DNA of 64,000 bases from Escherichia coli (lineage in GTDB: Bacteria; Pseudomonadota; Gammaproteobacteria; Enterobacterales; Enterobacteriaceae), in assembly GCF_048403405.1 (NCBI RefSeq), contig NZ_CP183129.1. One strand, written 5' to 3'. Each line of letters opens with the position of its first letter. Position 1 is the first letter of the stretch. The notes under the pieces are model-generated. The model was not told the DNA's origin. It was given only the letters and a program-made list of their open reading frames with translations, and did not search any database. Made by a program: the position numbers and the translations under genes. Positions 17,109 through 33,035 of the stretch are shown piece after piece.

Positions 17109-18553
17109 CGCTGGATACGCTTAATGTGATGCTGGCCGTCAGCGAAGAGGGATTGATCGAAGAGATGATCATCGCGCTGCTGGCCTCACCGCAGCTGGCA
17201 GTCTTCTTTGAAAAATTCCCACGACTGAAGGCGGCAATCACTGATGATGTTCCCCGCTGGCGTGAGGCACTGCGCAGTCGGCTGAAAGATGCCCGAGTCC
17301 CGCCGGAACTCACCGAAGAGGTGATGTGCTATCAGCAAAGCCAGCTCCTCTCCACGCCGCAGTTTATTGTGCAGCTACCACAGATCCTGGACTTACTGCA
17401 TCGTCTGAATTCTCCATGGGCAGAACAAGCCCGACAGTTGGTTGATGCTAACTGCACGATCACTTCAGCGTTACACACGCTTTTTCTCCAGCGTTGGCGT
17501 TTAAGTCTGATCGTGCAAGCAACGACGTTAAATCAACAGCTATTAGAAGAAGAACGCGAACAACTGTTGAGTGAAGTTCAGGAACGCATGACGCTGAGCG
17601 GACAACTTGAACCGATTCTCGCAGATAACAATACCGCAGCTGGTCGTCTGTGGGATATGAGCGCCGGTCAGCTTAAACGTGGCGACTATCAGTTGATTGT
17701 GAAATACGGTGAATTTCTTAACGAACAGCCGGAACTGAAACGCCTGGCAGAACAGCTGGGGCGTTCCCGGGAAGCCAAATCAATACCGCGCAACGATGCG
17801 CAGATGGAAACCTTCCGCACCATGGTGCGCGAACCGGCGACGGTTCCTGAGCAGGTTGATGGTCTGCAACAAAGCGATGATATTTTACGTCTCCTGCCGC
17901 CAGAACTGGCGACACTAGGGATAACAGAACTGGAGTATGAGTTTTACCGTCGGCTGGTGGAAAAACAGTTGCTCACCTATCGCCTGCACGGTGAGTCGTG
18001 GCGAGAAAAAGTGATCGAACGTCCGGTGGTACATAAAGATTACGACGAACAGCCGCGCGGACCGTTTATTGTCTGTGTGGATACTTCCGGCTCAATGGGC
18101 GGCTTTAATGAACAGTGTGCGAAAGCGTTCTGCCTGGCCTTGATGCGCATTGCTCTCGCTGAAAACCGGCGCTGCTATATTATGCTATTTTCCACCGAGA
18201 TCGTCCGTTATGAGCTTTCAGGCCCACAAGGCATCGAACAAGCGATCCGCTTTTTAAGTCAGCAGTTTCGTGGCGGCACCGATCTGGCCAGTTGTTTTCG
18301 CGCCATTATGGAACGCTTGCAAAGTCGGGAGTGGTTTGACGCCGATGCGGTGGTGATTTCTGATTTTATCGCCCAGCGGTTGCCTGACGACGTGACGAGC
18401 AAAGTGAAAGAGTTGCAGCGGGTACATCAGCATCGCTTTCATGCCGTGGCGATGTCGGCACATGGCAAACCCGGCATCATGCGCATTTTCGATCATATCT
18501 GGCGCTTTGATACCGGGATGCGAAGCCGCCTGCTCAGACGCTGGCGGCGATAA
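17102..18553 (+). CDS. viaA: von Willebrand factor A domain protein, RavA partner
   Basis: 483-aa ORF overlapping ravA stop by 7 nt; C-terminal VWA motif region ([13 protein letters not shown]). Confidence 0.9.
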   Translation: MLTLDTLNVMLAVSEEGLIEEMIIALLASPQLAVFFEKFPRLKAAITDDVPRWREALRSRLKDARVPPELTEEVMCYQQSQLLSTPQFIVQLPQILDLLHRLNSPWAEQARQLVDANCTITSALHTLFLQRWRLSLIVQATTLNQQLLEEEREQLLSEVQERMTLSGQLEPILADNNTAAGRLWDMSAGQLKRGDYQLIVKYGEFLNEQPELKRLAEQLGRSREAKSIPRNDAQMETFRTMVREPATVPEQVDGLQQSDDILRLLPPELATLGITELEYEFYRRLVEKQLLTYRLHGESWREKVIERPVVHKDYDEQPRGPFIVCVDTSGSMGGFNEQCAKAFCLALMRIALAENRRCYIMLFSTEIVRYELSGPQGIEQAIRFLSQQFRGGTDLASCFRAIMERLQSREWFDADAVVISDFIAQRLPDDVTSKVKELQRVHQHRFHAVAMSAHGKPGIMRIFDHIWRFDTGMRSRLLRRWRR

Positions 18554-18557
18554 ACAA

Positions 18558-19550
18558 TTACAGCAGAGAAGGGACGCTCTCGCGAACAGCTGCCGGCCAT
18601 ACACCACACTGAACCTGGCCGATATGCGGCAGTTGCAGCAGCAGCATGGTCAAACGAGACTGGCCGATACCGCCGCCGATGGTCTGCGGCATTTCACCGC
18701 GCAGCAGCGCCTGATGCCACTCCAGCTGCAGACGATCTTCATCACCGGTCAGCGCCAGCTGATGCTTCAACGTATCGGCATCCACGCGGATCCCCATGGA
18801 AGAAAGCTCAAACGCATCTTCCAGTACCGGGTTCCATACCAGAATATCGCCGTTCAGACCCGCATGGCCCAGCTCTGACGGGGTGCTCCAGTCATCATAA
18901 TCCGGTGCGCGCACGTCGTGACGATGACCATCACTCAACTTGCCGCCAATCCCGACGAGGAATACCGCGCCAAGATCTTTCGCAATCGCCCGCTCACGCC
19001 CTTTGGCATCGAGATCCGGATAACGAGACAGTAACTCCTGGCTGTGTACGAAGTGGATCTGATCCGGCAGGAACGGTGCCAGGCCAAACTCTTCGCTAAC
19101 CGCAGCTTCGGTTGCTTTAATTCCCGCCCAGATCGCCTCTACCGTGCTTTTCAGAGTCGAGAATTGACGCTCGCCGTCGCCCATTACGCGTTCCCAGTCC
19201 CACTGGTCTACATAGACCGAGTGCAACGGAGAAAGACGGTCTTCATCGGGGCGAAGGGCTTTCATGTGCGTGTACAGCCCTTCGCCCGCGCTGAAGTCGT
19301 GTTGCCCTAAGGTCTGACGTTTCCACTTCGCCAGTGAATGAACCACTTCGAACTGGGCATCAGGCAGAGCTTTTACTTTTACCTGCACCGCTTTTTCACA
19401 GCCCGACAAGTTATCCTGCGTGCCATCCCCCACACGGCTAAGAATCGGCGCCTGGACTTCGATCAGCCCCAGACGTTCTTCCAGTTGACGAGAAAAGTGA
19501 GATTTCACGAAGCTAATTTGGCGTTGTTTGGCAATGTAAGCGGTTTTCAT
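18558..19550 (-). CDS. asnA: aspartate-ammonia ligase (asparagine synthetase A)
   Basis: 330-aa ORF starting [38 protein letters not shown]; divergent from asnC. Confidence 0.92.
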
Positions 19551-19701
19551 TTTTTATACTCCTGCGTCCTGTTGCTTATGATTAAGCAACAAAAACCGGC
19601 ACACATGCAATAATCATTCAATAAAAAGCCTAACTCACTTTTGATTCATTAAAAAAGAAGGCTAAAATAGAATGAATCATCAATCCGCATAAGAAAATCC
19701 T

Positions 19702-20160
19702 ATGGAAAATTATCTAATCGACAATCTGGACCGTGGCATCCTGGAAGCATTAATGGGCAATGCGCGCACCGCTTACGCCGAACTGGCGAAACAATTTGGC
19801 GTCAGTCCGGGGACGATTCACGTTCGAGTAGAGAAAATGAAGCAGGCGGGAATCATTACCGGGGCGCGTATTGATGTCAGCCCGAAGCAGCTTGGTTATG
19901 ACGTAGGCTGCTTTATCGGCATTATATTAAAGAGCGCCAAAGACTATCCTTCCGCGCTGGCAAAGCTGGAAAGCCTCGATGAAGTCACTGAAGCCTATTA
20001 CACAACCGGCCACTACAGCATCTTTATAAAAGTGATGTGCCGTTCGATCGATGCTCTCCAGCATGTACTTATCAACAAGATCCAAACAATTGATGAAATT
20101 CAGTCCACCGAGACACTGATCGTCCTGCAGAACCCGATCATGCGTACCATTAAGCCCTGA
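19702..20160 (+). CDS. asnC: Lrp/AsnC-family transcriptional regulator
   Basis: 152-aa ORF with AsnC-type HTH (DNLDRGILEALMGNARTAYAELAKQFGVSPGTIHVRVEKM). Confidence 0.92.
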   Translation: MENYLIDNLDRGILEALMGNARTAYAELAKQFGVSPGTIHVRVEKMKQAGIITGARIDVSPKQLGYDVGCFIGIILKSAKDYPSALAKLESLDEVTEAYYTTGHYSIFIKVMCRSIDALQHVLINKIQTIDEIQSTETLIVLQNPIMRTIKP

Positions 20161-20249
20161 TCGGCTTTTTTAATCCCATACTTTTCCACAGGTAGATCCC
20201 AACGCGTTCACAGCGTACAATACGCCACTCTTAATAAAGGTGGCGGTTT

Positions 20250-20693
20250 ATGGCAGATATCACTCTTATCAGCGGCAGCACCCTCGGCGGTGCCGAATAT
20301 GTGGCAGAACACCTGGCTGAAAAGCTGGAAGAGGCGGGTTTTACCACCGAAACGCTGCACGGTCCGCTGTTGGAAGATTTATCTGCCTCGGGGATCTGGC
20401 TGGTTATCAGCTCAACCCACGGTGCCGGAGATATTCCGGATAACCTTTCTCCTTTCTATGAAGCATTGCAGGAACAGAAGCCCGATCTTTCTGCGGTCCG
20501 CTTTGGCGCTATCGGTATTGGCAGTCGTGAATATGACACCTTTTGTGGGGCTATCGATAAACTCGAGGCAGAACTCAAAAATTCCGGTGCAAAACAGACA
20601 GGCGAAACACTGAAGATCAACATTCTTGATCACGACATCCCGGAAGATCCGGCAGAAGAATGGCTGGGATCGTGGATTAATTTACTCAAATAA
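20250..20693 (+). CDS. mioC: flavodoxin-like FMN-binding protein
   Basis: 147-aa ORF MADITLISGSTLGGAEYVAEHLAEKLEEAGF (flavodoxin fold), immediately adjacent to oriC. Confidence 0.92.
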   Translation: MADITLISGSTLGGAEYVAEHLAEKLEEAGFTTETLHGPLLEDLSASGIWLVISSTHGAGDIPDNLSPFYEALQEQKPDLSAVRFGAIGIGSREYDTFCGAIDKLEAELKNSGAKQTGETLKINILDHDIPEDPAEEWLGSWINLLK

Positions 20694-20704
20694 GTATACA
20701 GATC

Positions 20705-20965
20705 GTGCGATCTACTGTGGATAACTCTGTCAGGAAGCTTGGATCAACCGGTAGTTATCCAAAGAACAACCGTTGTTCAGTTTTTGAGTTGTGTATAACC
20801 CCTCATTCTGATCCCAGCTTATACGGTCCAGGATCACCGATCATTCACAGTTAATGATCCTTTCCAGGTTGTTGATCTTAAAAGCCGGATCCTTGTTATC
20901 CACAGGGCAGTGCGATCCTAATAAGAGATCACAATAGAACAGATCTCTAAATAAATAGATCTTCT
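20705..20965. other. oriC: chromosomal replication origin oriC (DnaA boxes, AT-rich 13-mers, GATC cluster)
   Basis: DnaA 9-mers TGTGGATAA (20715-20723) and TTATCCACA (20897-20905); AT-rich 13-mers GATCTCTAAATAAATAGATCTTCTTTTTAATAC near 20940-20975; many GATC sites; located between mioC and mnmG. Confidence 0.9.
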
Positions 20966-21071
20966 TTTTAATACCCAGGATCCCAGGTCTTTCTCAAGCC
21001 GACAAAGTTGAGTAGAATCCACGGCCCGGGCTTCAATCCATTTTCATACCGCGTTATGCGAGGCAATCACC

Positions 21072-22961
21072 ATGTTTTATCCGGATCCTTTTGACGTCAT
21101 CATCATTGGCGGGGGTCATGCAGGCACCGAGGCCGCGATGGCCGCGGCGCGTATGGGTCAACAGACTCTGCTTTTGACACACAATATCGACACTCTGGGG
21201 CAGATGAGCTGCAACCCGGCGATCGGCGGTATTGGGAAGGGACATCTGGTAAAAGAAGTGGATGCACTCGGCGGTCTGATGGCGAAAGCGATCGATCAGG
21301 CGGGTATCCAGTTTAGGATACTAAACGCAAGCAAGGGACCAGCGGTTCGCGCTACCCGTGCTCAGGCGGATCGTGTGCTCTACCGGCAGGCGGTACGTAC
21401 GGCGCTGGAGAACCAACCGAACCTGATGATCTTCCAGCAGGCGGTTGAAGATCTTATTGTCGAAAACGATCGCGTGGTCGGTGCTGTTACCCAAATGGGA
21501 CTGAAGTTCCGTGCCAAAGCCGTCGTGCTCACCGTTGGGACGTTCCTCGACGGTAAAATTCATATCGGTCTGGATAACTACAGCGGTGGTCGTGCTGGTG
21601 ATCCGCCGTCCATTCCGCTCTCTCGCCGTTTGCGTGAACTGCCGCTGCGCGTTGGTCGTCTGAAAACCGGGACACCGCCGCGTATTGATGCGCGTACTAT
21701 CGACTTCAGCGTGCTGGCGCAACAGCATGGCGATAACCCAATGCCGGTATTCTCGTTTATGGGTAATGCGTCCCAGCATCCACAGCAGGTGCCGTGTTAT
21801 ATCACCCATACCAACGAGAAAACCCATGATGTGATCCGCAGTAACCTCGATCGTAGCCCAATGTATGCAGGGGTGATCGAAGGTGTCGGCCCACGCTACT
21901 GCCCGTCGATCGAAGACAAAGTCATGCGCTTCGCCGACAGAAATCAGCATCAGATCTTCCTTGAACCGGAAGGGCTGACCTCAAACGAAATTTATCCGAA
22001 CGGTATCTCCACCAGCCTGCCGTTCGATGTGCAGATGCAAATCGTCCGCTCCATGCAGGGGATGGAAAACGCGAAGATCGTGCGTCCGGGTTATGCCATT
22101 GAGTATGACTTCTTCGATCCACGCGACCTGAAACCGACGCTGGAGAGCAAGTTTATCCAGGGGCTGTTCTTTGCTGGTCAGATTAACGGCACTACCGGTT
22201 ACGAAGAAGCCGCTGCGCAAGGTTTGCTGGCTGGTCTTAACGCTGCCCGTCTGTCTGCTGACAAAGAAGGTTGGGCTCCGGCGCGTTCTCAGGCGTATCT
22301 CGGCGTACTGGTTGATGACCTGTGCACTTTAGGAACCAAAGAACCGTATCGTATGTTTACTTCGCGCGCAGAATATCGTCTGATGCTGCGCGAAGATAAT
22401 GCGGATCTGCGTTTGACTGAAATCGGTCGTGAACTGGGCCTGGTGGATGACGAACGTTGGGCGCGCTTTAACGAGAAACTTGAGAATATCGAGCGTGAGC
22501 GTCAGCGTCTGAAATCGACCTGGGTAACCCCGTCGGCGGAAGCTGCAGCCGAAGTGAATGCTCACCTGACTGCGCCGCTTTCCCGTGAAGCCAGTGGTGA
22601 AGATCTGCTGCGTCGTCCGGAAATGACTTATGAAAAATTAACCACGCTGACGCCGTTTGCCCCTGCGTTGACAGACGAACAGGCGGCGGAACAGGTTGAG
22701 ATTCAGGTTAAATACGAAGGTTATATCGCGCGCCAGCAAGATGAGATCGAAAAGCAGCTGCGTAACGAGAACACCCTGCTACCAGCGACGCTGGATTACC
22801 GCCAGGTATCCGGTCTTTCTAACGAAGTGATCGCCAAACTTAACGATCACAAACCGGCCTCTATCGGTCAGGCTTCGCGTATTTCTGGCGTCACGCCTGC
22901 GGCCATCTCCATTCTGCTGGTGTGGCTGAAAAAACAGGGTATGCTGCGTCGTAGCGCATAA
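21072..22961 (+). CDS. mnmG: tRNA uridine-5-carboxymethylaminomethyl synthesis enzyme (FAD-binding)
   Basis: 629-aa ORF starting [29 protein letters not shown] (FAD Rossmann motif). Confidence 0.93.
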
Positions 22962-23024
22962 CGCATTAAAAATGCCTGGTAAGCACCCGCTTACCGGGCA
23001 ACGCATCAAGAACAGGTAATCACC

Positions 23025-23648
23025 GTGCTCAACAAACTCACCTCTCTGCTGAAAGACGCAGGAATTTCGCTTACCGATCACCAGAAAAACCAGCTAATTG
23101 CCTACGTGAATATGCTGCATAAATGGAATAAAGCGTACAACCTGACTTCGGTCCGCGATCCTAATGAGATGCTGGTACGCCATATTCTCGATAGCATTGT
23201 GGTGGCACCGTATCTGCAAGGTGAACGGTTCATCGATGTCGGCACCGGACCAGGACTGCCTGGCATTCCACTCTCTATCGTGCGTCCTGAAGCCCATTTC
23301 ACGTTGTTGGATAGCCTTGGTAAACGCGTGCGTTTCCTTCGTCAGGTGCAACATGAGCTTAAACTGGAGAATATTGAGCCAGTACAGAGCAGGGTAGAAG
23401 AGTTTCCTTCAGAGCCGCCATTTGATGGCGTAATTAGCCGCGCTTTTGCCTCTCTGAACGATATGGTGAGCTGGTGTCACCATCTTCCTGGTGAGCAAGG
23501 CCGTTTCTACGCGCTGAAAGGCCAAATGCCGGAAGATGAAATCGCTTTGTTGCCCGAAGAATATCAGGTCGAATCAGTGGTTAAACTTCACGTTCCGGCC
23601 CTGGATGGCGAACGTCATCTGGTGGTGATTAAAGCAAATAAAATTTAA
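23025..23648 (+). CDS. rsmG: 16S rRNA m7G527 methyltransferase
   Basis: 207-aa ORF with SAM-MTase motif ([16 protein letters not shown]). Confidence 0.92.
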   Translation: MLNKLTSLLKDAGISLTDHQKNQLIAYVNMLHKWNKAYNLTSVRDPNEMLVRHILDSIVVAPYLQGERFIDVGTGPGLPGIPLSIVRPEAHFTLLDSLGKRVRFLRQVQHELKLENIEPVQSRVEEFPSEPPFDGVISRAFASLNDMVSWCHHLPGEQGRFYALKGQMPEDEIALLPEEYQVESVVKLHVPALDGERHLVVIKANKI

Positions 23649-24264
23649 TTTTTATCAAAAAAATCATAAAAAATTGACCGGTTAGACTGTTAACAACAAC
23701 CAGGTTTTCTACTGATATAACTGGTTACATTTAACGCCACGTTCACTCTTTTGCATCAACAAGATAACGTGGCTTTTTTTGGTAAGCAGAAAATAAGTCA
23801 TAAGTGAAAATATCAGTCTGCTAAAAATCGGCGCTAAGAATCATCATTGGCTGTTAAAACATTATTAAAAATGTCAATGGGTGGTTTTTGTTGTGTAAAT
23901 GTCATTTATTAAAACAGTATCTGTTTTTAGACTGAAATATCATAAACTTGCAAAGGCATCATTTGCCAAGTAAATAAATATGCTGTGCGCGAACATGCTC
24001 AATATGTGATCTGAAGCACGCTTTATCACCAGTGTTTACGCGTTATTTACAGTTTTTCATGATCGAACAGGGTTTGCAGAAAAGTCGCAATTGTATGCAC
24101 TGGAAAAATATTTAAACATTTATTCACCTTTTGGCTACTTATTGTTTGAAATCACGGGGGCGCACCGTATAATTTGACCGCTTTTTGATGCTTGACTCTA
24201 AGCCTTAAAGAAAGTTTTATACGACACGCGGCATACCTCGAAGGGAGCAGGAGTGAAAAACGTG

Positions 24265-25469
<1,205 letters not shown>

Positions 25470-25497
25470 TTTACCAACACTACTACGTTTTAACTGA

Positions 25498-25772
<275 letters not shown>

Positions 25773-25816
25773 TAAAGAGCAATATCAGAACGTTAACTAA
25801 ATAGAGGCATTGTGCT

Positions 25817-26287
25817 GTGAATCTTAACGCAACAATCCTCGGCCAGGCCATCGCGTTTGTCCTGTTCGTTCTGTTCTGCATGAAGTACGTATGGCCGCCA
25901 TTAATGGCAGCCATCGAAAAACGTCAAAAAGAAATTGCTGACGGCCTTGCTTCCGCAGAACGAGCACATAAGGACCTTGACCTTGCAAAGGCCAGCGCGA
26001 CCGACCAGCTGAAAAAAGCGAAAGCGGAAGCCCAGGTAATCATCGAGCAGGCTAACAAACGCCGCTCGCAGATTCTGGACGAAGCGAAAGCTGAGGCAGA
26101 ACAGGAACGTACTAAAATCGTGGCCCAGGCGCAGGCGGAAATTGAAGCCGAGCGTAAACGTGCCCGTGAAGAGCTGCGTAAGCAAGTTGCTATCCTGGCT
26201 GTTGCTGGCGCCGAGAAGATCATCGAACGTTCCGTGGATGAAGCTGCTAACAGCGACATCGTGGATAAACTTGTCGCTGAACTGTAA
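25817..26287 (+). CDS. atpF: F0F1 ATP synthase subunit b
   Basis: 156-aa ORF, N-terminal TM helix then long charged helix. Confidence 0.95.
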
Positions 26288-26301
26288 GGAGGGAGGGGCT
26301 G

Positions 26302-26835
26302 ATGTCTGAATTTATTACGGTAGCTCGCCCCTACGCCAAAGCAGCTTTTGACTTTGCCGTCGAACACCAAAGTGTAGAACGCTGGCAGGACATGCTGGCG
26401 TTTGCCGCCGAGGTAACCAAAAACGAACAAATGGCAGAGCTTCTCTCTGGCGCGCTTGCGCCAGAAACGCTCGCCGAGTCGTTTATCGCAGTTTGTGGTG
26501 AGCAACTGGACGAAAACGGTCAGAACCTGATTCGGGTAATGGCTGAAAATGGTCGTCTTAACGCGCTCCCGGATGTTCTGGAGCAGTTTATTCACCTGCG
26601 TGCCGTGAGTGAGGCTACCGCTGAGGTAGACGTCATTTCCGCTGCCGCACTGAGTGAACAACAGCTCGCGAAAATTTCTGCTGCGATGGAAAAACGTCTG
26701 TCACGCAAAGTTAAGCTGAATTGCAAAATCGATAAGTCTGTAATGGCAGGCGTTATCATCCGAGCGGGTGATATGGTCATTGATGGCAGCGTACGCGGTC
26801 GTCTTGAGCGCCTTGCAGACGTCTTGCAGTCTTAA
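26302..26835 (+). CDS. atpH: F0F1 ATP synthase subunit delta
   Basis: 177-aa [24 protein letters not shown]... Confidence 0.95.
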
Positions 26836-26847
26836 GGGGACTGGAGC

Positions 26848-28389
26848 ATGCAACTGAATTCCACCGAAATCAGCGAACTGATCAAGCAGCGCATTGCTCA
26901 GTTCAATGTTGTGAGTGAAGCTCACAACGAAGGTACTATTGTTTCTGTAAGTGACGGTGTTATCCGCATTCACGGCCTGGCCGATTGTATGCAGGGTGAA
27001 ATGATCTCCCTGCCGGGTAACCGTTACGCTATCGCACTGAACCTCGAGCGCGACTCGGTAGGTGCGGTTGTTATGGGTCCGTACGCTGACCTTGCCGAAG
27101 GTATGAAAGTTAAGTGTACTGGCCGTATCCTGGAAGTTCCGGTTGGCCGTGGCCTGCTGGGCCGTGTGGTTAACACTCTGGGTGCACCAATCGACGGTAA
27201 AGGTCCGCTGGATCACGACGGCTTCTCTGCTGTAGAAGCAATCGCTCCGGGCGTTATCGAACGTCAGTCCGTAGATCAGCCGGTACAGACCGGTTATAAA
27301 GCCGTTGACTCCATGATCCCAATCGGTCGTGGTCAGCGTGAATTGATCATCGGTGACCGTCAGACCGGTAAAACCGCACTGGCTATCGATGCCATCATCA
27401 ACCAGCGCGATTCCGGTATCAAATGTATCTATGTCGCTATCGGCCAGAAAGCGTCCACCATTTCTAACGTGGTACGTAAACTGGAAGAGCACGGCGCACT
27501 GGCTAACACCATCGTTGTGGTAGCAACCGCGTCTGAATCCGCTGCACTGCAATACCTGGCACCGTACGCTGGTTGCGCAATGGGCGAATACTTCCGTGAC
27601 CGCGGTGAAGATGCGCTGATCATTTACGATGACCTGTCTAAACAGGCTGTTGCTTACCGTCAGATCTCCCTGCTGCTCCGTCGTCCGCCAGGACGTGAAG
27701 CATTCCCGGGCGACGTATTCTACCTCCACTCTCGTCTGCTGGAGCGTGCTGCGCGTGTTAACGCCGAATACGTTGAAGCCTTCACCAAAGGTGAAGTGAA
27801 AGGGAAAACCGGTTCTCTGACTGCGCTGCCGATTATCGAAACTCAGGCGGGTGACGTTTCTGCGTTCGTTCCGACCAACGTAATCTCCATTACCGATGGT
27901 CAGATCTTCCTGGAAACCAACCTGTTCAACGCCGGTATTCGTCCTGCGGTTAACCCGGGTATTTCCGTATCCCGTGTTGGTGGTGCAGCACAGACCAAGA
28001 TCATGAAAAAACTGTCCGGTGGTATCCGTACCGCTCTGGCACAGTATCGTGAACTGGCAGCGTTCTCTCAGTTTGCATCCGACCTTGACGATGCAACACG
28101 TAAACAGCTTGACCACGGTCAGAAAGTGACCGAACTGCTGAAACAGAAACAGTATGCGCCGATGTCCGTAGCGCAACAGTCTCTGGTTCTGTTCGCAGCA
28201 GAACGTGGTTACCTGGCGGATGTTGAACTGTCGAAAATCGGCAGCTTCGAAGCCGCTCTGCTGGCTTACGTCGACCGTGATCACGCTCCGTTGATGCAAG
28301 AGATCAACCAGACCGGTGGCTACAACGACGAAATCGAAGGCAAGCTGAAAGGCATCCTCGATTCCTTCAAAGCAACCCAATCCTGGTAA
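26848..28389 (+). CDS. atpA: F0F1 ATP synthase subunit alpha
   Basis: 513-aa ORF with Walker A GDRQTGKT. Confidence 0.96.
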
Positions 28390-28439
28390 CGTCTGGCGGC
28401 TTGCCTTAGGGCAGGCCGCAAGGCATTGAGGAGAAGCTC

Positions 28440-30712
<2,273 letters not shown>

Positions 30713-30732
30713 CGCCTTAATCGGAGGGTGAT

Positions 30733-31152
30733 ATGGCAATGACTTACCACCTGGACGTCGTCAGCGCAGAGCAACAAATGTTCTCTGGTCTGGTCGAGAA
30801 AATCCAGGTAACGGGTAGCGAAGGTGAACTGGGGATCTACCCTGGCCACGCACCGCTGCTCACCGCCATTAAGCCTGGTATGATTCGCATCGTGAAACAG
30901 CACGGTCACGAAGAGTTTATCTATCTGTCTGGCGGCATTCTTGAAGTGCAGCCTGGCAACGTGACCGTTCTGGCCGACACCGCAATTCGCGGCCAGGATC
31001 TCGACGAAGCGCGAGCCATGGAAGCGAAACGTAAGGCTGAAGAGCACATTAGCAGCTCTCACGGCGACGTAGATTACGCTCAGGCGTCTGCGGAACTGGC
31101 CAAAGCGATCGCGCAGCTGCGCGTTATCGAGTTGACCAAAAAAGCGATGTAA
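30733..31152 (+). CDS. atpC: F0F1 ATP synthase subunit epsilon
   Basis: 139-aa [46 protein letters not shown]. Confidence 0.95.
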
Positions 31153-31171
31153 CACCGGCTTGAAAAGCACA

Positions 31172-31204
31172 AAAGCCAGTCTGGTAACAGGCTGGCTTTT
31201 TTTA
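31172..31204 (+). terminator. intrinsic terminator after atp operon
   Basis: AGCCAG...CTGGCT stem followed by TTTTTTT directly after atpC stop. Confidence 0.7.
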
Positions 31205-31503
31205 CGCGTATTGACCCGTCCTGAAGAGCGTTCACATAGATCCTGCTGATATAAAACCCCCTGTTTTCCCGTTTATTCATTGATCGAAATAAGAGCAAAA
31301 ACATCCACCTGACGCTTAAATGAAGGTACTGCCTTAATTTTCTGCAGACAAAAGGTGTGACGATGGTCGAAAATGGCGCTTTCGTCAGCGGGGATAATCC
31401 GTTATTGAACAATTTATCCTCTGTCCATTTCACGATGAAAAAAATGTAGTTTTTTCAAGGTGAAGCGGTTTAAATTCGTTCTCAAATTACAGTCAGGACG
31501 CGT

Positions 31504-32874
31504 ATGTTGAATAATGCTATGAGCGTAGTGATCCTTGCCGCAGGCAAAGGCACGCGCATGTATTCCGATCTTCCGAAAGTGCTGCATACCCTTGCCGGGA
31601 AAGCGATGGTTCAGCATGTCATTGATGCTGCGAATGAATTAGGCGCAGCGCACGTTCACCTGGTTTACGGTCACGGCGGCGATCTGCTTAAACAGGCGCT
31701 GAAAGATGACAACCTGAACTGGGTGCTTCAGGCAGAACAGCTGGGTACAGGTCATGCGATGCAGCAGGCCGCACCTTTCTTTGCCGATGATGAAGACATT
31801 TTAATGCTCTACGGCGACGTGCCGCTGATCTCTGTCGAAACACTCCAGCGCCTGCGTGATGCTAAACCGCAGGGTGGCATTGGTCTGCTGACGGTAAAAC
31901 TGGATGATCCGACCGGTTATGGACGTATCACCCGTGAAAACGGCAAAGTTACCGGCATTGTTGAGCACAAAGATGCCACCGACGAGCAGCGTCAGATTCA
32001 GGAGATCAACACTGGTATTCTGATTGCCAACGGCGCAGATATGAAACGCTGGCTGGCGAAGCTGACCAACAATAACGCTCAGGGTGAATACTACATCACC
32101 GACATTATTGCGCTGGCGTATCAGGAAGGGCGTGAAATCGTCGCCGTTCATCCGCAACGTTTAAGCGAAGTAGAAGGCGTGAATAACCGCCTGCAACTCT
32201 CCCGACTGGAGCGCGTTTACCAGTCCGAACAGGCTGAAAAACTGCTGTTAGCAGGCGTTATGCTGCGCGATCCGGCGCGTTTTGATCTGCGCGGTACGCT
32301 TACTCACGGGCGCGATGTTGAAATTGATACTAACGTTATCATCGAGGGCAACGTGACTCTCGGTCATCGCGTGAAAATCGGCACCGGTTGTGTGATTAAA
32401 AACAGCGTGATTGGCGATGATTGCGAAATTAGCCCGTATACCGTTGTGGAAGACGCGAATCTGGCGGCGGCCTGTACCATTGGCCCGTTTGCCCGTCTGC
32501 GTCCTGGTGCTGAGTTGCTGGAAGGTGCACACGTCGGTAACTTCGTTGAGATGAAAAAAGCGCGTCTGGGTAAAGGCTCGAAAGCCGGGCATCTGACTTA
32601 CCTGGGCGATGCGGAAATTGGCGATAACGTTAACATCGGCGCGGGAACCATTACCTGCAACTACGACGGTGCGAATAAATTTAAGACCATTATCGGTGAC
32701 GATGTGTTTGTCGGTTCCGACACTCAGCTGGTGGCCCCGGTAACAGTAGGCAAAGGCGCGACCATTGCTGCGGGTACAACTGTGACGCGTAATGTCGGCG
32801 AAAACGCCCTGGCGATCAGCCGTGTGCCGCAGACTCAAAAAGAAGGCTGGCGTCGTCCGGTAAAGAAAAAGTAA
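31504..32874 (+). CDS. glmU: bifunctional GlcNAc-1-P uridyltransferase / GlcN-1-P acetyltransferase
   Basis: 456-aa [31 protein letters not shown] with C-terminal left-handed beta-helix hexapeptide repeats. Confidence 0.95.
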   Translation: MLNNAMSVVILAAGKGTRMYSDLPKVLHTLAGKAMVQHVIDAANELGAAHVHLVYGHGGDLLKQALKDDNLNWVLQAEQLGTGHAMQQAAPFFADDEDILMLYGDVPLISVETLQRLRDAKPQGGIGLLTVKLDDPTGYGRITRENGKVTGIVEHKDATDEQRQIQEINTGILIANGADMKRWLAKLTNNNAQGEYYITDIIALAYQEGREIVAVHPQRLSEVEGVNNRLQLSRLERVYQSEQAEKLLLAGVMLRDPARFDLRGTLTHGRDVEIDTNVIIEGNVTLGHRVKIGTGCVIKNSVIGDDCEISPYTVVEDANLAAACTIGPFARLRPGAELLEGAHVGNFVEMKKARLGKGSKAGHLTYLGDAEIGDNVNIGAGTITCNYDGANKFKTIIGDDVFVGSDTQLVAPVTVGKGATIAAGTTVTRNVGENALAISRVPQTQKEGWRRPVKKK

Positions 32875-33035
32875 TTCTGGCCGGGAAATCCGGTCATATG
32901 GGATGAGGAGATAACATAATCTCCCGCCCACAAGCAGTAACTATAAAAATAACCCCACTCTCTACAAGGCTCGGGGTGCCCGAAAAAACGGGCATACAGG
33001 TTGACCGACAACGATATAAATCGGAATCAAAAACT

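Noticed and set aside
21321-21950. 209-aa minus-strand ORF inside mnmG, and 32248-32931 / 34263-34934 inside glmU / glmS
   Set aside because: Embedded antisense to well-supported core genes; no RBS or independent support.
26701-28380. 559-aa minus-strand ORF, and 245-aa ORF at 25924-26661
   Set aside because: Antisense to atpA and atpF/atpH, whose sense-strand products are unmistakable; long antisense ORFs are common in highly expressed GC-biased genes.
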